Shown here one piece after another: positions 1 through 8,779 of a stretch of 64,000 bases of DNA. The stretch is from Candidatus Poribacteria bacterium (GTDB lineage: Bacteria; Poribacteria; WGA-4E; WGA-3G), in NCBI GenBank assembly GCA_012271015.1, contig JAAXHD010000105.1:5417-69416 (forward strand), in the 5' to 3' direction. The notes beneath the pieces are model-generated. The model made no database searches, had not been told where the DNA came from, and worked only from the letters and a program-made list of their open reading frames with translations. The translations under genes were made by a program, and so were the position numbers. Each line of letters starts with the position of its first letter. Position 1 is the first letter of the stretch.

Positions 1-68
1 GGAATGATTCGGACACGCGCGACTGAGGTCTTGCGTCTGCCGGTTCCCCAGAATTGTTCAATAGCCAT
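1..68 (-). CDS. rpsI: 30S ribosomal protein S9, N-terminal fragment (gene runs off the left edge)
   Basis: My own reverse-strand translation starts at ATG (68-66) and reads MAIEQFWGTGRRKTSVARVRII, the conserved S9 N-terminus. It lies 59 nt downstream of rplM, as in the canonical rplM-rpsI operon. It is absent from the ORF track because it is truncated. Confidence 0.7.
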   Translation of the reverse strand, partial: MAIEQFWGTGRRKTSVARVRII

Positions 69-127
69 ACTGTTCGTACTCTCCGTAGTTGTAGGAGCAT
101 CTTCTGTGAACGGCTCCTCAACTTAAC

Positions 128-565
128 TTAAAGTGTTAAGACTTCCGGTTTCTGTGCTTGGTGCGGGTGCGTCGGTCCAGTGTAAACCCTGAGACCCTTC
201 ATGAGTTGCCGACCGAGATGATTCTTTGGGAGCATCCCCTTAACGGCGTTTGTGATAATCACCTCTGGTTTGCGATTCATCTGTTCATCAAAAGTTCGGT
301 ATTTATCACCGCCGGGGTAGCCACTATGCCTAAAGTAGGTTTTCTGTTCCCTCTTATTGCCTGTGACGACGACTTTCTCCGCATTCACAACAGCAACGCG
401 AAAACCTAAATCGGCGTGAGGTGTAAACCGCGGATCATTTTTTCCACGCAGTACCTGTGCAATACGGGACGCCAAACGTCCGAGCACCTGCCCCTCCGCG
501 TCCACCACATACCATCTTATGTCTTTTTCCGTTTTCGGGAAATAGGTTTTCGTTTTTAGTATCAT
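128..565 (-). CDS. rplM: 50S ribosomal protein L13
   Basis: ORF 128..583. [34 protein letters not shown] ... GYPGG ... AVKGMLPKN is typical L13. I moved the start to ATG 565 (MILKTKTYF) because AGGAA lies just upstream. TTG 583 is the alternative start. Confidence 0.9.
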   Translation of the reverse strand: MILKTKTYFPKTEKDIRWYVVDAEGQVLGRLASRIAQVLRGKNDPRFTPHADLGFRVAVVNAEKVVVTGNKREQKTYFRHSGYPGGDKYRTFDEQMNRKPEVIITNAVKGMLPKNHLGRQLMKGLRVYTGPTHPHQAQKPEVLTL

Positions 566-1046
566 GATTTCCTGTCCCTTCAACCGAATTTAGACCGTGC
601 AAGGTCAAATTTGGCTTTGCTGTACGCTGCTTATTGTAGTTTGTTGTCCGAGTGTGCCTTTCTTAGAAAGGTATTATCACCATTGCGAACACAACCGGAT
701 AATATTATACTATAAAAGAGAGCGTTTGTCAAATTTTTCACAATTCTCCATCAGAGAGTAAGGGTAGGCTTTACTGTAAAACAAGAGTCGGAAATCGGAG
801 TTCCCTCCTACAAACATTTTATTTATAGGTGTATCGTTAGAGGAAGAAACAAAATTTCCTATATCTGTGTCAACTTAAGTTGCAAATTGAGCAAAATTTG
901 ACGTTTAAATTGCTAATAGTCACTCAGGCGCATTATATTACTCATTATATTGATAATGTAAATTAGTTTTTAACACATCCTAAAAGGACACAAGTCAGAT
1001 GAATCAGAGAAACTCCGATTTACTTGAAAGAACGTGTAATTCTGCG

Positions 1047-1076
1047 TTGGACATTTTCCTTTTTTTGTGTTATACT
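1047..1076 (+). promoter_or_regulatory. candidate sigma70-type promoter for the ArsA-like operon
   Basis: TGGACA at 1048-1053, a 17-nt spacer, then TATACT at 1071-1076, about 55 nt upstream of ATG 1133. The same TATACT -10 hexamer recurs at 23582 and 48516. Confidence 0.35.
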
Positions 1077-1132
1077 TATATACAGATGAAAACTGGAAAA
1101 ACTGAAAATAAGTTATAGGAAATTTAAAAATA

Positions 1133-2326
1133 ATGCGAATTATTCTCTACACAGGTAAAGGAGGTGTCGGCAAAACAACGATTGCCGCGGCTACGGGTAT
1201 CAAACTCGCAGAACTCGGTTACAAAACGATCGTGATTTCGCTTGACGTGGCGCATTCGCTGCGAGACGCCTTTGATAACCACGAAAAACTCGTTCACCAA
1301 AGCGAAGAGAAACAGATCCAAATTAAAGACAATCTCTGGATACAGGAAATTAACGTTCAGGAAGCAATTGTTGAATACTGGAACGATGTATATGGCTATA
1401 TCCGTTCGCTGCTTAACCGTTCCGGACTGGATAGCCTCGTCGCTGAAGAGATAGCAGTGTTTCCGGGAATGGAGGAGATTTGCGCGCTCCTGTATATCAA
1501 CCAATATGTCCGCGAAAAAAGTTATGATGTAATCATCCTTGATTGTGCCCCCACCGGTGAATCGCTTCGGTTTGTGAGTATCCCTACGACACTGGAGTGG
1601 TACATGAGCCATATTTTCAAACTGGAACGCAATCTTGCGAGAGTTGCGGGTCCAGTCATCGAACGCGTGAGTTCCGTCCCGATTCCACGAGATAATTACT
1701 TCCAGAATATTCAAGATTTATTCGATAAATTGGAAGGGATTGATGATGTCCTGACGGATCCGAATATCACGACTGTCCGGTTAGTAACGAACCCGGAAAA
1801 AATTGTTATCAAAGAAACGCAGCGGGCATTTATGTATTTTTGCCTTTACGGGTTGTGTATTGATGCTGTAATTATCAATCGTATCTTTCCTGATGGCGTT
1901 GATGCGGCATACTTTGAAACTTGGCGACGGTCCCAACAGCACTATATTGAGGAGGCAATAGATTATTTTTCAGATGTACCGATTTGGAAGGTGAACCTCT
2001 TCAGGGAAGAAATCGTGGGGGAATCGGGACTGCACCGGTTAGCAGACACGCTCTATTCGGAGATTGATCCGGCGGATCAGTTCTCTAAAGAAAATCCCTA
2101 TCAATTCCAAAAAATGGGAGATGCCTATCAATTGTCCATGCGTCTCCCGTTTCTGAGCAAAGAGGAAATCGGATTGACAAAACACGGCGATGAGTTAATT
2201 GTCACAGTTGGTGGTTTCAAGCAACATGTCGCACTGCCGCGGACTCTCTCGAACAAAAAAACGACCCGCGCGAAACTCACCGGTGATCAACTCGTGATTA
2301 AGTTTGAGGGAGAGCATCGGACCTGA
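1133..2326 (+). CDS. ArsA/Get3-family P-loop ATPase with a C-terminal HSP20/CS-like domain
   Basis: Deviant Walker A YTGKGGVGKTT at the N-terminus. DCAPTGESLRF matches the ArsA/Get3 DTAPTGHTLR signature. The last ~90 aa (YQLSMRLPFLSKEEIGLTKHGDELIVTVGGFKQHVALPRTL..LVIKFE) look like an alpha-crystallin/CS beta-sandwich. Confidence 0.85.
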   Translation: MRIILYTGKGGVGKTTIAAATGIKLAELGYKTIVISLDVAHSLRDAFDNHEKLVHQSEEKQIQIKDNLWIQEINVQEAIVEYWNDVYGYIRSLLNRSGLDSLVAEEIAVFPGMEEICALLYINQYVREKSYDVIILDCAPTGESLRFVSIPTTLEWYMSHIFKLERNLARVAGPVIERVSSVPIPRDNYFQNIQDLFDKLEGIDDVLTDPNITTVRLVTNPEKIVIKETQRAFMYFCLYGLCIDAVIINRIFPDGVDAAYFETWRRSQQHYIEEAIDYFSDVPIWKVNLFREEIVGESGLHRLADTLYSEIDPADQFSKENPYQFQKMGDAYQLSMRLPFLSKEEIGLTKHGDELIVTVGGFKQHVALPRTLSNKKTTRAKLTGDQLVIKFEGEHRT

Positions 2327-2331
2327 GGCGT

Positions 2332-3063
2332 ATGGGCAGCAAAACGGACAGAGCGGCTTTCGCTGTAACAGGGACGACGCTTTTAACGTTCTTAATAGCA
2401 AGCCGCATCGGGACTATCTGGATACTTTATCCAAACGTATTAGTTGCGGCTATTTTGTGTGTCTATTGTATCTGTCGGATTGATGAAGATGCTTCGCTGC
2501 TTTTAAGTAGTTCCATTTTTGGGATAGCGACGACCCTGACGTACGTGCCGATGGACTGGTTATTCTCGCGAAAGGTGCACTTAGTCTTTTACTTGCGTTC
2601 GGATTTTCTGGCGGACCTGACGACACCGATTGGAATAATCCTCAATTGGATAGTGTTTGCGACGCTGACGGCATACTGTTACCAGAGATTTGCGATGGTT
2701 TTCCGAACCCGCTTTGGGTCCGAAGTTGGCAATTCGAGAACTGGTTCCATGGGAACTGCGATGTTGGCGGCGGGTGTTACCGGTATCGGCGCGGCGGTGG
2801 GAAGCAACCTAATTTACGCGTTTGGGGAGTCGCATCTGTGGGTGTGGAATGCAACGCAGGTGGATCAGATACCACAAATTGCGTCTGTACCGGTTTTTGT
2901 GCCGGTTTCTTTTCTGGTAACTTTTCTGCTGTGTCCTTACTTTTTCGGGGTAGTTGGCGGGTTTCCAAGGGAGCAACACGCGGGTGTCGCTGGAATACGA
3001 TGCGGCATCTTTATGGGAGCACTGCAGTTCTTTGGTTTTCTGCTGTTTTATGTCTGGAAATAG
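2332..3063 (+). CDS. uncharacterised polytopic membrane protein (about 6-7 TM segments)
   Basis: 243-aa ORF starting 5 nt after the ArsA-like stop codon. It has several long hydrophobic segments and no motif I recognise. Confidence 0.6.
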   Translation: MGSKTDRAAFAVTGTTLLTFLIASRIGTIWILYPNVLVAAILCVYCICRIDEDASLLLSSSIFGIATTLTYVPMDWLFSRKVHLVFYLRSDFLADLTTPIGIILNWIVFATLTAYCYQRFAMVFRTRFGSEVGNSRTGSMGTAMLAAGVTGIGAAVGSNLIYAFGESHLWVWNATQVDQIPQIASVPVFVPVSFLVTFLLCPYFFGVVGGFPREQHAGVAGIRCGIFMGALQFFGFLLFYVWK

Positions 3064-3192
3064 GGGCGGATTGGTAAAATGCCGATTCATTTCATCAATG
3101 CGTTCCCGTTCGATTTTAAGAATAACGTATAGGATCATCGAAAACCTGCGCGGAGCGAAGTGGAAGCGCAGTTCAGGAGCAATACATTAAAA

Positions 3193-3729
3193 ATGCGTAT
3201 TCGTTCAACAACGATTTTAGCTGTTCGCCGCGACAGTGAGGTAGCTATTGGGGGTGATGGTCAGGTCACTTTAGGAGATACGGCGATTAAACACGGCGCC
3301 CGCAAAGTACGCAAAATTCATAACGACAAGGTCCTGATCGGTTTCGCCGGTTCTGCGTCGGATGCGATCACCCTCTATGAAAATCTGGAGAAGAAACTGG
3401 AGCAGTACCGTGGAAATCTTCAAAAATCTGCGGTGGAACTTGCACGGGAATGGCGCAGCGATAGAGTACTCAGACAGGTAGACGCGCTATTAATCGCCGC
3501 GGATGCCAGCGATAGTTACCTCATTTCCGGGAGTGGTGACGTGATTTCTCCGGACGACGATGTCCTTGCAATCGGTTCCGGTGGGTCTATTGCTCTGGCG
3601 GCAGCGAAAGCTCTGCTTAAATACTCAGATTTGACTGCAAAAGAGATTATTTCAGAATCACTGCAACTTACGAGCGAAATCTGTATCTACACGAATGCTA
3701 AAATTGAAGTTGATACGATAGAGAAATAG
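3193..3729 (+). CDS. hslV: ATP-dependent protease subunit HslV
   Basis: STTILAVRRDSEVAIGGDGQVTLGDTAIKHGARKVRKI...GFAGSASDAITL...AIGSGG is collinear with HslV. The start is set at ATG 3193 (MRIRS-TT), which leaves a short propeptide before the catalytic Thr. Confidence 0.9.
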   Translation: MRIRSTTILAVRRDSEVAIGGDGQVTLGDTAIKHGARKVRKIHNDKVLIGFAGSASDAITLYENLEKKLEQYRGNLQKSAVELAREWRSDRVLRQVDALLIAADASDSYLISGSGDVISPDDDVLAIGSGGSIALAAAKALLKYSDLTAKEIISESLQLTSEICIYTNAKIEVDTIEK

Positions 3730-3826
3730 CCGTCAGCGGTCAGCAATCAGCCATCAGTAGGACGCCTTGTGTGAGTATCGTTTCTGATAACTACCACAAG
3801 TTACTGATCGCTGATAGCCGATAGCC
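3728..3826. repeat. TCAG-heptad tract (AGCnnTC x4) plus its inverted partner, forming an imperfect long hairpin between hslV and hslU
   Basis: Heptads AGCCGTC AGCGGTC AGCAATC AGCCATC run from 3728 to 3755 and begin inside the hslV stop codon. CTGATCG CTGATAG CCGATAG at 3803-3823 is the near reverse complement (about 13 of 15 matches). Confidence 0.6.
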
Positions 3827-3845
3827 ATTTTACGGAGGTTTACCT

Positions 3846-5333
3846 TTGGACAAACCGAAAGCAAGGCGCGAGGAAAACACCTTGGCATCTGCTCTCACAC
3901 CGAGGCAGATCGTTGAGGAATTAGATAAGTACATTGTTGGGCAGTTTGAGGCGAAACGTTGTGTCGCGATTGCCCTTCGTAACCGAGCACGGCGACAGAT
4001 GCTGGCAGAAGATATGCAGGACGAAGTGTCGCCGAAAAACATTATTATGATAGGTTCAACGGGTGTGGGAAAAACTGAAATCGCACGTAGACTCGCGCGC
4101 CTCGTTGACGCGCCTTTCATCAAAGTAGAGGCATCAAAGTATACCGAAATCGGTTACGTGGGTCGAGATGTTGAATCTATGATCCGCGATCTCACTGAAA
4201 CTGCTATTAGCCGTGTCAAAGCCGAGCAAACGGAGGCGGTAGAAGAAAAAGCACGGGAATCAACAGAAGAACGGTTACTTGATTGCATTTTTCCTGTTCC
4301 ACGCTCGCTCCAGCGACAACCTCGTTTACAAGATGAAGAAGCCCTTGACGAGCCAGATGAAGAGGATGATGGGGTTCTGCAACTCCCGTTCGATATGGGT
4401 CCCGACGTAGGCGCCGAAGCCGAAGAAGCCAGAGAGCAGGAGCGTGAACGTTATCTCAACACCCGAGAGACATTTAGGGAGTGGCTAAGGGAAGGTAGAC
4501 TCGAGGATAAACCGGTTGAAATCAATGTCAAGCATCAGAACATGCCCTTTGTGGAAATCTTCTCGCCCGGCGGTATAGAGGAGATGGACATCAATTTCAA
4601 GGATATGTTCAATAACATCCTACCGAATCAGACGAAGAAACGCAGAGTTCCAGTCTCCGAAGCGCGAACTATCTTGATGCTCGAGGAGTCCGAAAAACTT
4701 ATCGATATGGATGCCGTCATCAACGAAGCGATTCAACGTGTCGAAGATTCGGGCATCGTTTTTTTGGACGAAATTGATAAGATTGCCGGAAGAGAATCCC
4801 GGCATGGACCCGACATCTCGCGTGAAGGCGTGCAACGGGATATCCTTCCTATTATCGAAGGCAGCACAGTGACCTCGAAATATGGTGCTGTGCGTACGCA
4901 CCACATCCTGTTCATTGCTGCTGGCGCGTTCCATGTCTCAAGCCCGTCTGACCTTATTCCGGAATTACAGGGCAGGTTTCCGATTCGAGTAGAACTCAAG
5001 AGCCTAAATAAGGATGACTTTAAATCTATTCTGACGGAACCGAAAAACGCGTTGGTGAAACAATACGCGGCACTGCTAAGTACTGAAGGTGTTGAGGCGA
5101 CTATTACCGATGATGCGATTGACGAAATCGCTGCGCTTGCTTTCCAAGTTAATGAGTCGGTCGAGGATATCGGTGCCCGCCGCTTGCATACCATCATGGA
5201 AAAACTCTTTGAGAATCTTTTCTTTGACGCACCTAATCTCGAAAAAAAGCACATCACTATCGATGCGGCGTACGTCAGATCGGAATTGTCGGAAATTGTT
5301 AAAGATCAAGATCTGAGTCGGTACATTCTTTAA
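3846..5333 (+). CDS. hslU: ATP-dependent protease ATPase subunit HslU
   Basis: [17 protein letters not shown], Walker [16 protein letters not shown], Walker [11 protein letters not shown] and a long acidic I-domain insertion. It lies directly downstream of hslV. The start is TTG at 3846. Confidence 0.9.
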   Translation: MDKPKARREENTLASALTPRQIVEELDKYIVGQFEAKRCVAIALRNRARRQMLAEDMQDEVSPKNIIMIGSTGVGKTEIARRLARLVDAPFIKVEASKYTEIGYVGRDVESMIRDLTETAISRVKAEQTEAVEEKARESTEERLLDCIFPVPRSLQRQPRLQDEEALDEPDEEDDGVLQLPFDMGPDVGAEAEEAREQERERYLNTRETFREWLREGRLEDKPVEINVKHQNMPFVEIFSPGGIEEMDINFKDMFNNILPNQTKKRRVPVSEARTILMLEESEKLIDMDAVINEAIQRVEDSGIVFLDEIDKIAGRESRHGPDISREGVQRDILPIIEGSTVTSKYGAVRTHHILFIAAGAFHVSSPSDLIPELQGRFPIRVELKSLNKDDFKSILTEPKNALVKQYAALLSTEGVEATITDDAIDEIAALAFQVNESVEDIGARRLHTIMEKLFENLFFDAPNLEKKHITIDAAYVRSELSEIVKDQDLSRYIL

Positions 5334-5371
5334 TAGTCATCGGTCTTCAGTTGTCAGTTATCAGTTAAAAG
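5334..5371. repeat. TCAG-heptad tract immediately after the hslU stop codon
   Basis: TAGTCAT CGGTCTT CAGTTGT CAGTTAT CAGTTAA has period 7. It belongs to the same family as the tracts at 3728, 15494, 18438 and 39115. Confidence 0.55.
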
Positions 5372-5591
5372 AGGGTGTTATTAAACGAACACCTCTTAAC
5401 CAAAAACTGAAAGGGTTTCGTATGGGGTTTAAGAAATAAATTGGGTAATTGACGGGAGACCATGAATGGTTTCCCTACTACAAACGGGCGGGTTCGTAGT
5501 AGTGCGATTTATCGCACGTTCGGAAATTACCGAATTAAATTCTGAATCTTCATTAGAAAACCCGTACTGACAACCTACACCTATTAAAACC

Positions 5592-6770
5592 GTGAATCAG
5601 TACCGAATTTTTATCTCCCTATTCGTCTATACCCTATTCCTATCAAGCAGTTTCGCCGAGGGTGTGACGCAATGGCGCGTGCTCACAGATAACGAGGCAT
5701 CCCTCAGTCCAACGGCAATAAATGCCATAACTTTCTCCCCTGATGGTACACGACTCGCTGTTGCAAGTGTAAATGGTATTACCGTATATGACACCTATAC
5801 TGGTGAAGCCGTTGCGCTGCTACCCTCATCAATGCGCTATGTAACGGCGTTGGCATTCTCACCCGACAGCCGAATCGTCGCAAGTGCGACTGAAGATGCG
5901 ACCCTCCACCTCTGGAACGTACATACCAGTGAACACATAACAGAGTTTACAAACCCTACCGATCCGGTTGTGGCGTTAGCGTTCTCAGCTGATGGTAACA
6001 CGCTCGCTGGTGGAAGTCTCAAAGAAATCCGTTTGTGGGATTTGACCTTGGGACAGATAAGCCATCCCACAGTCCTTCACGGACATCGGGATATGGTTAC
6101 CACGTTGGCATTTTCACCGGATAGTAAGACGCTTGCGAGTGCGAGCTTTTACGGCACAATCTTGTTATGGGATTTAGACACTTCTCAATCTCGACACAGG
6201 CTCTCCGCACATACCGACTCAATTCTGGCACTTACATTTTCGCCGGATAATCAGACGTTGGCAAGTGGCGGATACTGGAACTCGGACGCGGAGAGCACCA
6301 TTCGTGTGTGGCATACACAGACCGGTCAACTCTTGACAACCTTTGAGAACTACACTACCCCAGTTTTTGCCTTAACGTTTGCCATGGATGTCTACGGTGT
6401 TAATGAGAGCACCCTTGTGAGTGCGGGCTGGGATAACGCTATCCGTATGTGGGATCTGCACACAGGACAATTACAGGCAATTTTTGGAGATACTACTGCT
6501 CCTGTCATCGCTTTAGCGTTCCTATCGGATGCCAACGGTTCTGATGGAAAAACACTTGCGAGTGTGAGTCTTGATGGCACAATCCAACTGAGACCGCTGA
6601 CCGCGTCTCTCACTGGAATCCCATCGGATGTCAATGACGACGGTGTCGTGAATATCTTAGATTTGACCTTTATTGCCTCGCGTTTTGGGCAGTATTCACC
6701 GGATCTCAACGGTGACGGTGTTGTCAACATTTTGGATTTGATGCTCGTTGCACAGCGTATTGGAAAATGA
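5592..6770 (+). CDS. secreted WD40-repeat protein with a C-terminal dockerin-like module
   Basis: N-terminal signal-like segment (IFISLFVYTLFLSSSFAEG). Repeated ...LAFSPDG/S..LAS.......LWD units typical of WD40. The C-terminus has two DVNDDGVVNILDL / DLNGDGVVNILDL calcium-loop repeats typical of type I dockerins. Confidence 0.8.
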   Translation: MNQYRIFISLFVYTLFLSSSFAEGVTQWRVLTDNEASLSPTAINAITFSPDGTRLAVASVNGITVYDTYTGEAVALLPSSMRYVTALAFSPDSRIVASATEDATLHLWNVHTSEHITEFTNPTDPVVALAFSADGNTLAGGSLKEIRLWDLTLGQISHPTVLHGHRDMVTTLAFSPDSKTLASASFYGTILLWDLDTSQSRHRLSAHTDSILALTFSPDNQTLASGGYWNSDAESTIRVWHTQTGQLLTTFENYTTPVFALTFAMDVYGVNESTLVSAGWDNAIRMWDLHTGQLQAIFGDTTAPVIALAFLSDANGSDGKTLASVSLDGTIQLRPLTASLTGIPSDVNDDGVVNILDLTFIASRFGQYSPDLNGDGVVNILDLMLVAQRIGK

Positions 6771-6818
6771 TCAATGAGGTTACGCAAGAGCAGCATCATT
6801 CAGTTTTCGGTAAAAAGA

Positions 6819-6847
6819 GTCGGGAATCGGAATTCCCTCCTACAGAA
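6819..6847. repeat. hairpin-CCTCCTACAG element (GTCGGGAATCGGAATTCCCTCCTACAGAA)
   Basis: 6-bp stem GGGAAT/ATTCCC with a CGGA loop, followed by CCTCCTACAG. Related copies lie at 787-815 and 15609-15657, with degenerate copies at 5474-5491 and 24474-24492. Confidence 0.6.
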
Positions 6848-6882
6848 AAGCTGAATGTCTCTGGCACAAAAGGATTTACAAC

Positions 6883-6911
6883 TTGACACACTTGCCGTCT
6901 TATGGTAGAAT
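6883..6911 (+). promoter_or_regulatory. candidate sigma70-type promoter for sppA
   Basis: TTGACA at 6883-6888, a 17-nt spacer, then TAGAAT at 6906-6911, 41 nt upstream of ATG 6952. AAGGAGAG serves as the Shine-Dalgarno sequence. Confidence 0.5.
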
Positions 6912-6951
6912 AACAAAGTCAAATTGGACACTGGAAAAGAAGGAGAGATAA

Positions 6952-8775
6952 ATGAGATTCTTACAAAAATACACGTTCCTACTGGCGTTGCTTTTTCTCG
7001 TCTCGCCGGTATTTGCTGAGGAACACGCGGCAGAAGAAACCGTTCCTCCTGTTAAAAAATATGTTGAGTTCACACTGGACGGTACCTACACCGATACTAA
7101 AACAGTTGGCACCTTTGGCACCTCCTCAACAAAGACACTGCGGGGGCTTTTTAAGAAATTAGATACGCTCAAAACAGATGATGAAATTGCTGGAATCATC
7201 TTCAAAATAGATAACGTCAGCGTAGGGTGGGCAACGCTCCAAGAAATTCGTAATAAACTTCATGAATTCCGGGAAACTAAAAAAGAGACAATCGGATATT
7301 TGGAAAGCGGTGGTAATGCGGAGTATCTCCTCGGTGCTGCGATGGAACGCGTTGTCCTGATGCCTACTGGAAGCCTTAATTTAACGGGGTTACGCGCCGA
7401 AGTCCTGTTCTATAAAGGGTTGCTGGAGAAGTTGAACATCCAAGCGGATATGTTGGCGATGGGAAAATATAAGTCGGGTGTCGAGCCTTACATGCGGGAT
7501 GACATGTCTGATGCCTTTCGTGAATCGATGACTGCACTATTGGACGATCTATATGCCCAACTGCTGGATCACATCGCTGAGAATCGAGACGGTATTACAG
7601 TAGAAGGTGTGTCGGATTTGGTTAACCGCGGTCCGTTCACGGCAGAAGAAGCACAGCAGGCGCAATTGGTCGACGCATTGCAATACTACGACGAACTACT
7701 CGATACCCTAAAAACAGCCTCTCCAGACGAAGATGTTCAGGTCGTCAAGCCGGACTACGAGCGTAAACGAAAAGTGCCAGATATGAATAGTTTCGCTGGA
7801 CTCATGCAGCTATTGAGTATGTTAAATCCACCGCGACAAACACGGACCGACACGGCGGAAAATCAGATTGCACTTATCTATGCGAATGGTCCCATTTTAC
7901 CGAATATTGAGTCGTTCTTCACTTCAATGCCGGTGATTACGCCAGAGACGTTAAAGGAAGCGTTTGAGAAAGCACGCACCGACGATTCCGTTCAAGCGGT
8001 CGTGTTGCGTATAGATAGTCCCGGTGGTTCTGCACTCGCCTCGGACCTGATTTGGCGGGAAGTGATGCTCACCCAACGCGAAAAGCCAGTCGTTGTTTCT
8101 ATGGGAGATATTGCCGCGTCTGGTGGCTATTACATAGCGATGGCAGCGGGGACAATCGTCGCACATCCAAGCACGCTGACAGGTTCAATCGGTGTGTTCG
8201 GTGGCAAACTGAACATGAAGGGGTTCTACAACAAAATCGGTTTAACAAAAGAGATCATTGCACACGGTCAGAACGCCACGCTCTATTCGGACTACGGCGG
8301 TTTTACACCGACGGAACGGGCACGCGTCGAAAAGATGATGAAAACGATCTACAAAGATTTTGTCAGTAAGGCGGCAGAAGGTAGAGGTAAAACCTATGAT
8401 GAAATTGATGAGATTGCGCAGGGACGTGTTTGGACAGGTAAGCAGGCAAAAGCACTCGGACTTGTTGATGAATTCGGAGGGTTTGATACCGCGCTGTCTA
8501 TTGCCAAAGAGCAGGCGGGTTTTACTGAGGATGACGAAGTTAACCTTATTGTGTTACCGAAACAGAAACCCTTTTTGGAAGAACTCCTGAAACGGATGGT
8601 TGAGGACATGGAAGGTTCAATTCAGTTACCCCTCGAATTGACAGCGAGTCAGCCTGTGCTATCTATGTTCGGAAACCATCGGTGGCAACATGTCGTCACG
8701 TGGTTGAGCCTATTTGGCTTTGAAGATGGAACACAAGTTCTAACAATTCTACCTTATGACGTTTTGATTCGGTGA
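6952..8775 (+). CDS. sppA: signal peptide peptidase SppA, 67K type (tandem S49 domains)
   Basis: 607 aa with an N-terminal signal anchor. VVLRIDSPGGSALASD ... VVSMGDIAASGGYYIA ... TGSIGV ... GRVWTG are classic S49/SppA motifs. A degenerate N-terminal copy of the domain precedes them. Confidence 0.85.
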   Translation: MRFLQKYTFLLALLFLVSPVFAEEHAAEETVPPVKKYVEFTLDGTYTDTKTVGTFGTSSTKTLRGLFKKLDTLKTDDEIAGIIFKIDNVSVGWATLQEIRNKLHEFRETKKETIGYLESGGNAEYLLGAAMERVVLMPTGSLNLTGLRAEVLFYKGLLEKLNIQADMLAMGKYKSGVEPYMRDDMSDAFRESMTALLDDLYAQLLDHIAENRDGITVEGVSDLVNRGPFTAEEAQQAQLVDALQYYDELLDTLKTASPDEDVQVVKPDYERKRKVPDMNSFAGLMQLLSMLNPPRQTRTDTAENQIALIYANGPILPNIESFFTSMPVITPETLKEAFEKARTDDSVQAVVLRIDSPGGSALASDLIWREVMLTQREKPVVVSMGDIAASGGYYIAMAAGTIVAHPSTLTGSIGVFGGKLNMKGFYNKIGLTKEIIAHGQNATLYSDYGGFTPTERARVEKMMKTIYKDFVSKAAEGRGKTYDEIDEIAQGRVWTGKQAKALGLVDEFGGFDTALSIAKEQAGFTEDDEVNLIVLPKQKPFLEELLKRMVEDMEGSIQLPLELTASQPVLSMFGNHRWQHVVTWLSLFGFEDGTQVLTILPYDVLIR

Positions 8776-8779
8776 GTTT

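Noticed and set aside
1124-1714. 196-aa ORF antisense to the ArsA-like gene.
   Set aside because: The opposite strand encodes a protein with unambiguous Walker A and ArsA signature motifs. The antisense ORF has no recognisable features.
3160-3192. Upstream extension of hslV (MEAQFRSNTLK...).
   Set aside because: HslV needs its catalytic Thr near the N-terminus. ATG 3193 leaves a 5-residue propeptide before TT, and the longer form adds 11 more non-conserved residues.
5455-5530. Cluster of small hairpins (CTACTAC...GTAGTAG and GTGCGAT-TT-ATCGCAC) considered as a possible tRNA or sRNA.
   Set aside because: There is no cloverleaf, no T-loop GGTTCGA-type box and no anticodon-arm geometry. Part of it is a degenerate CCCTACTACAAAC repeat copy. 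An sRNA cannot be excluded, but the sequence alone does not support one.
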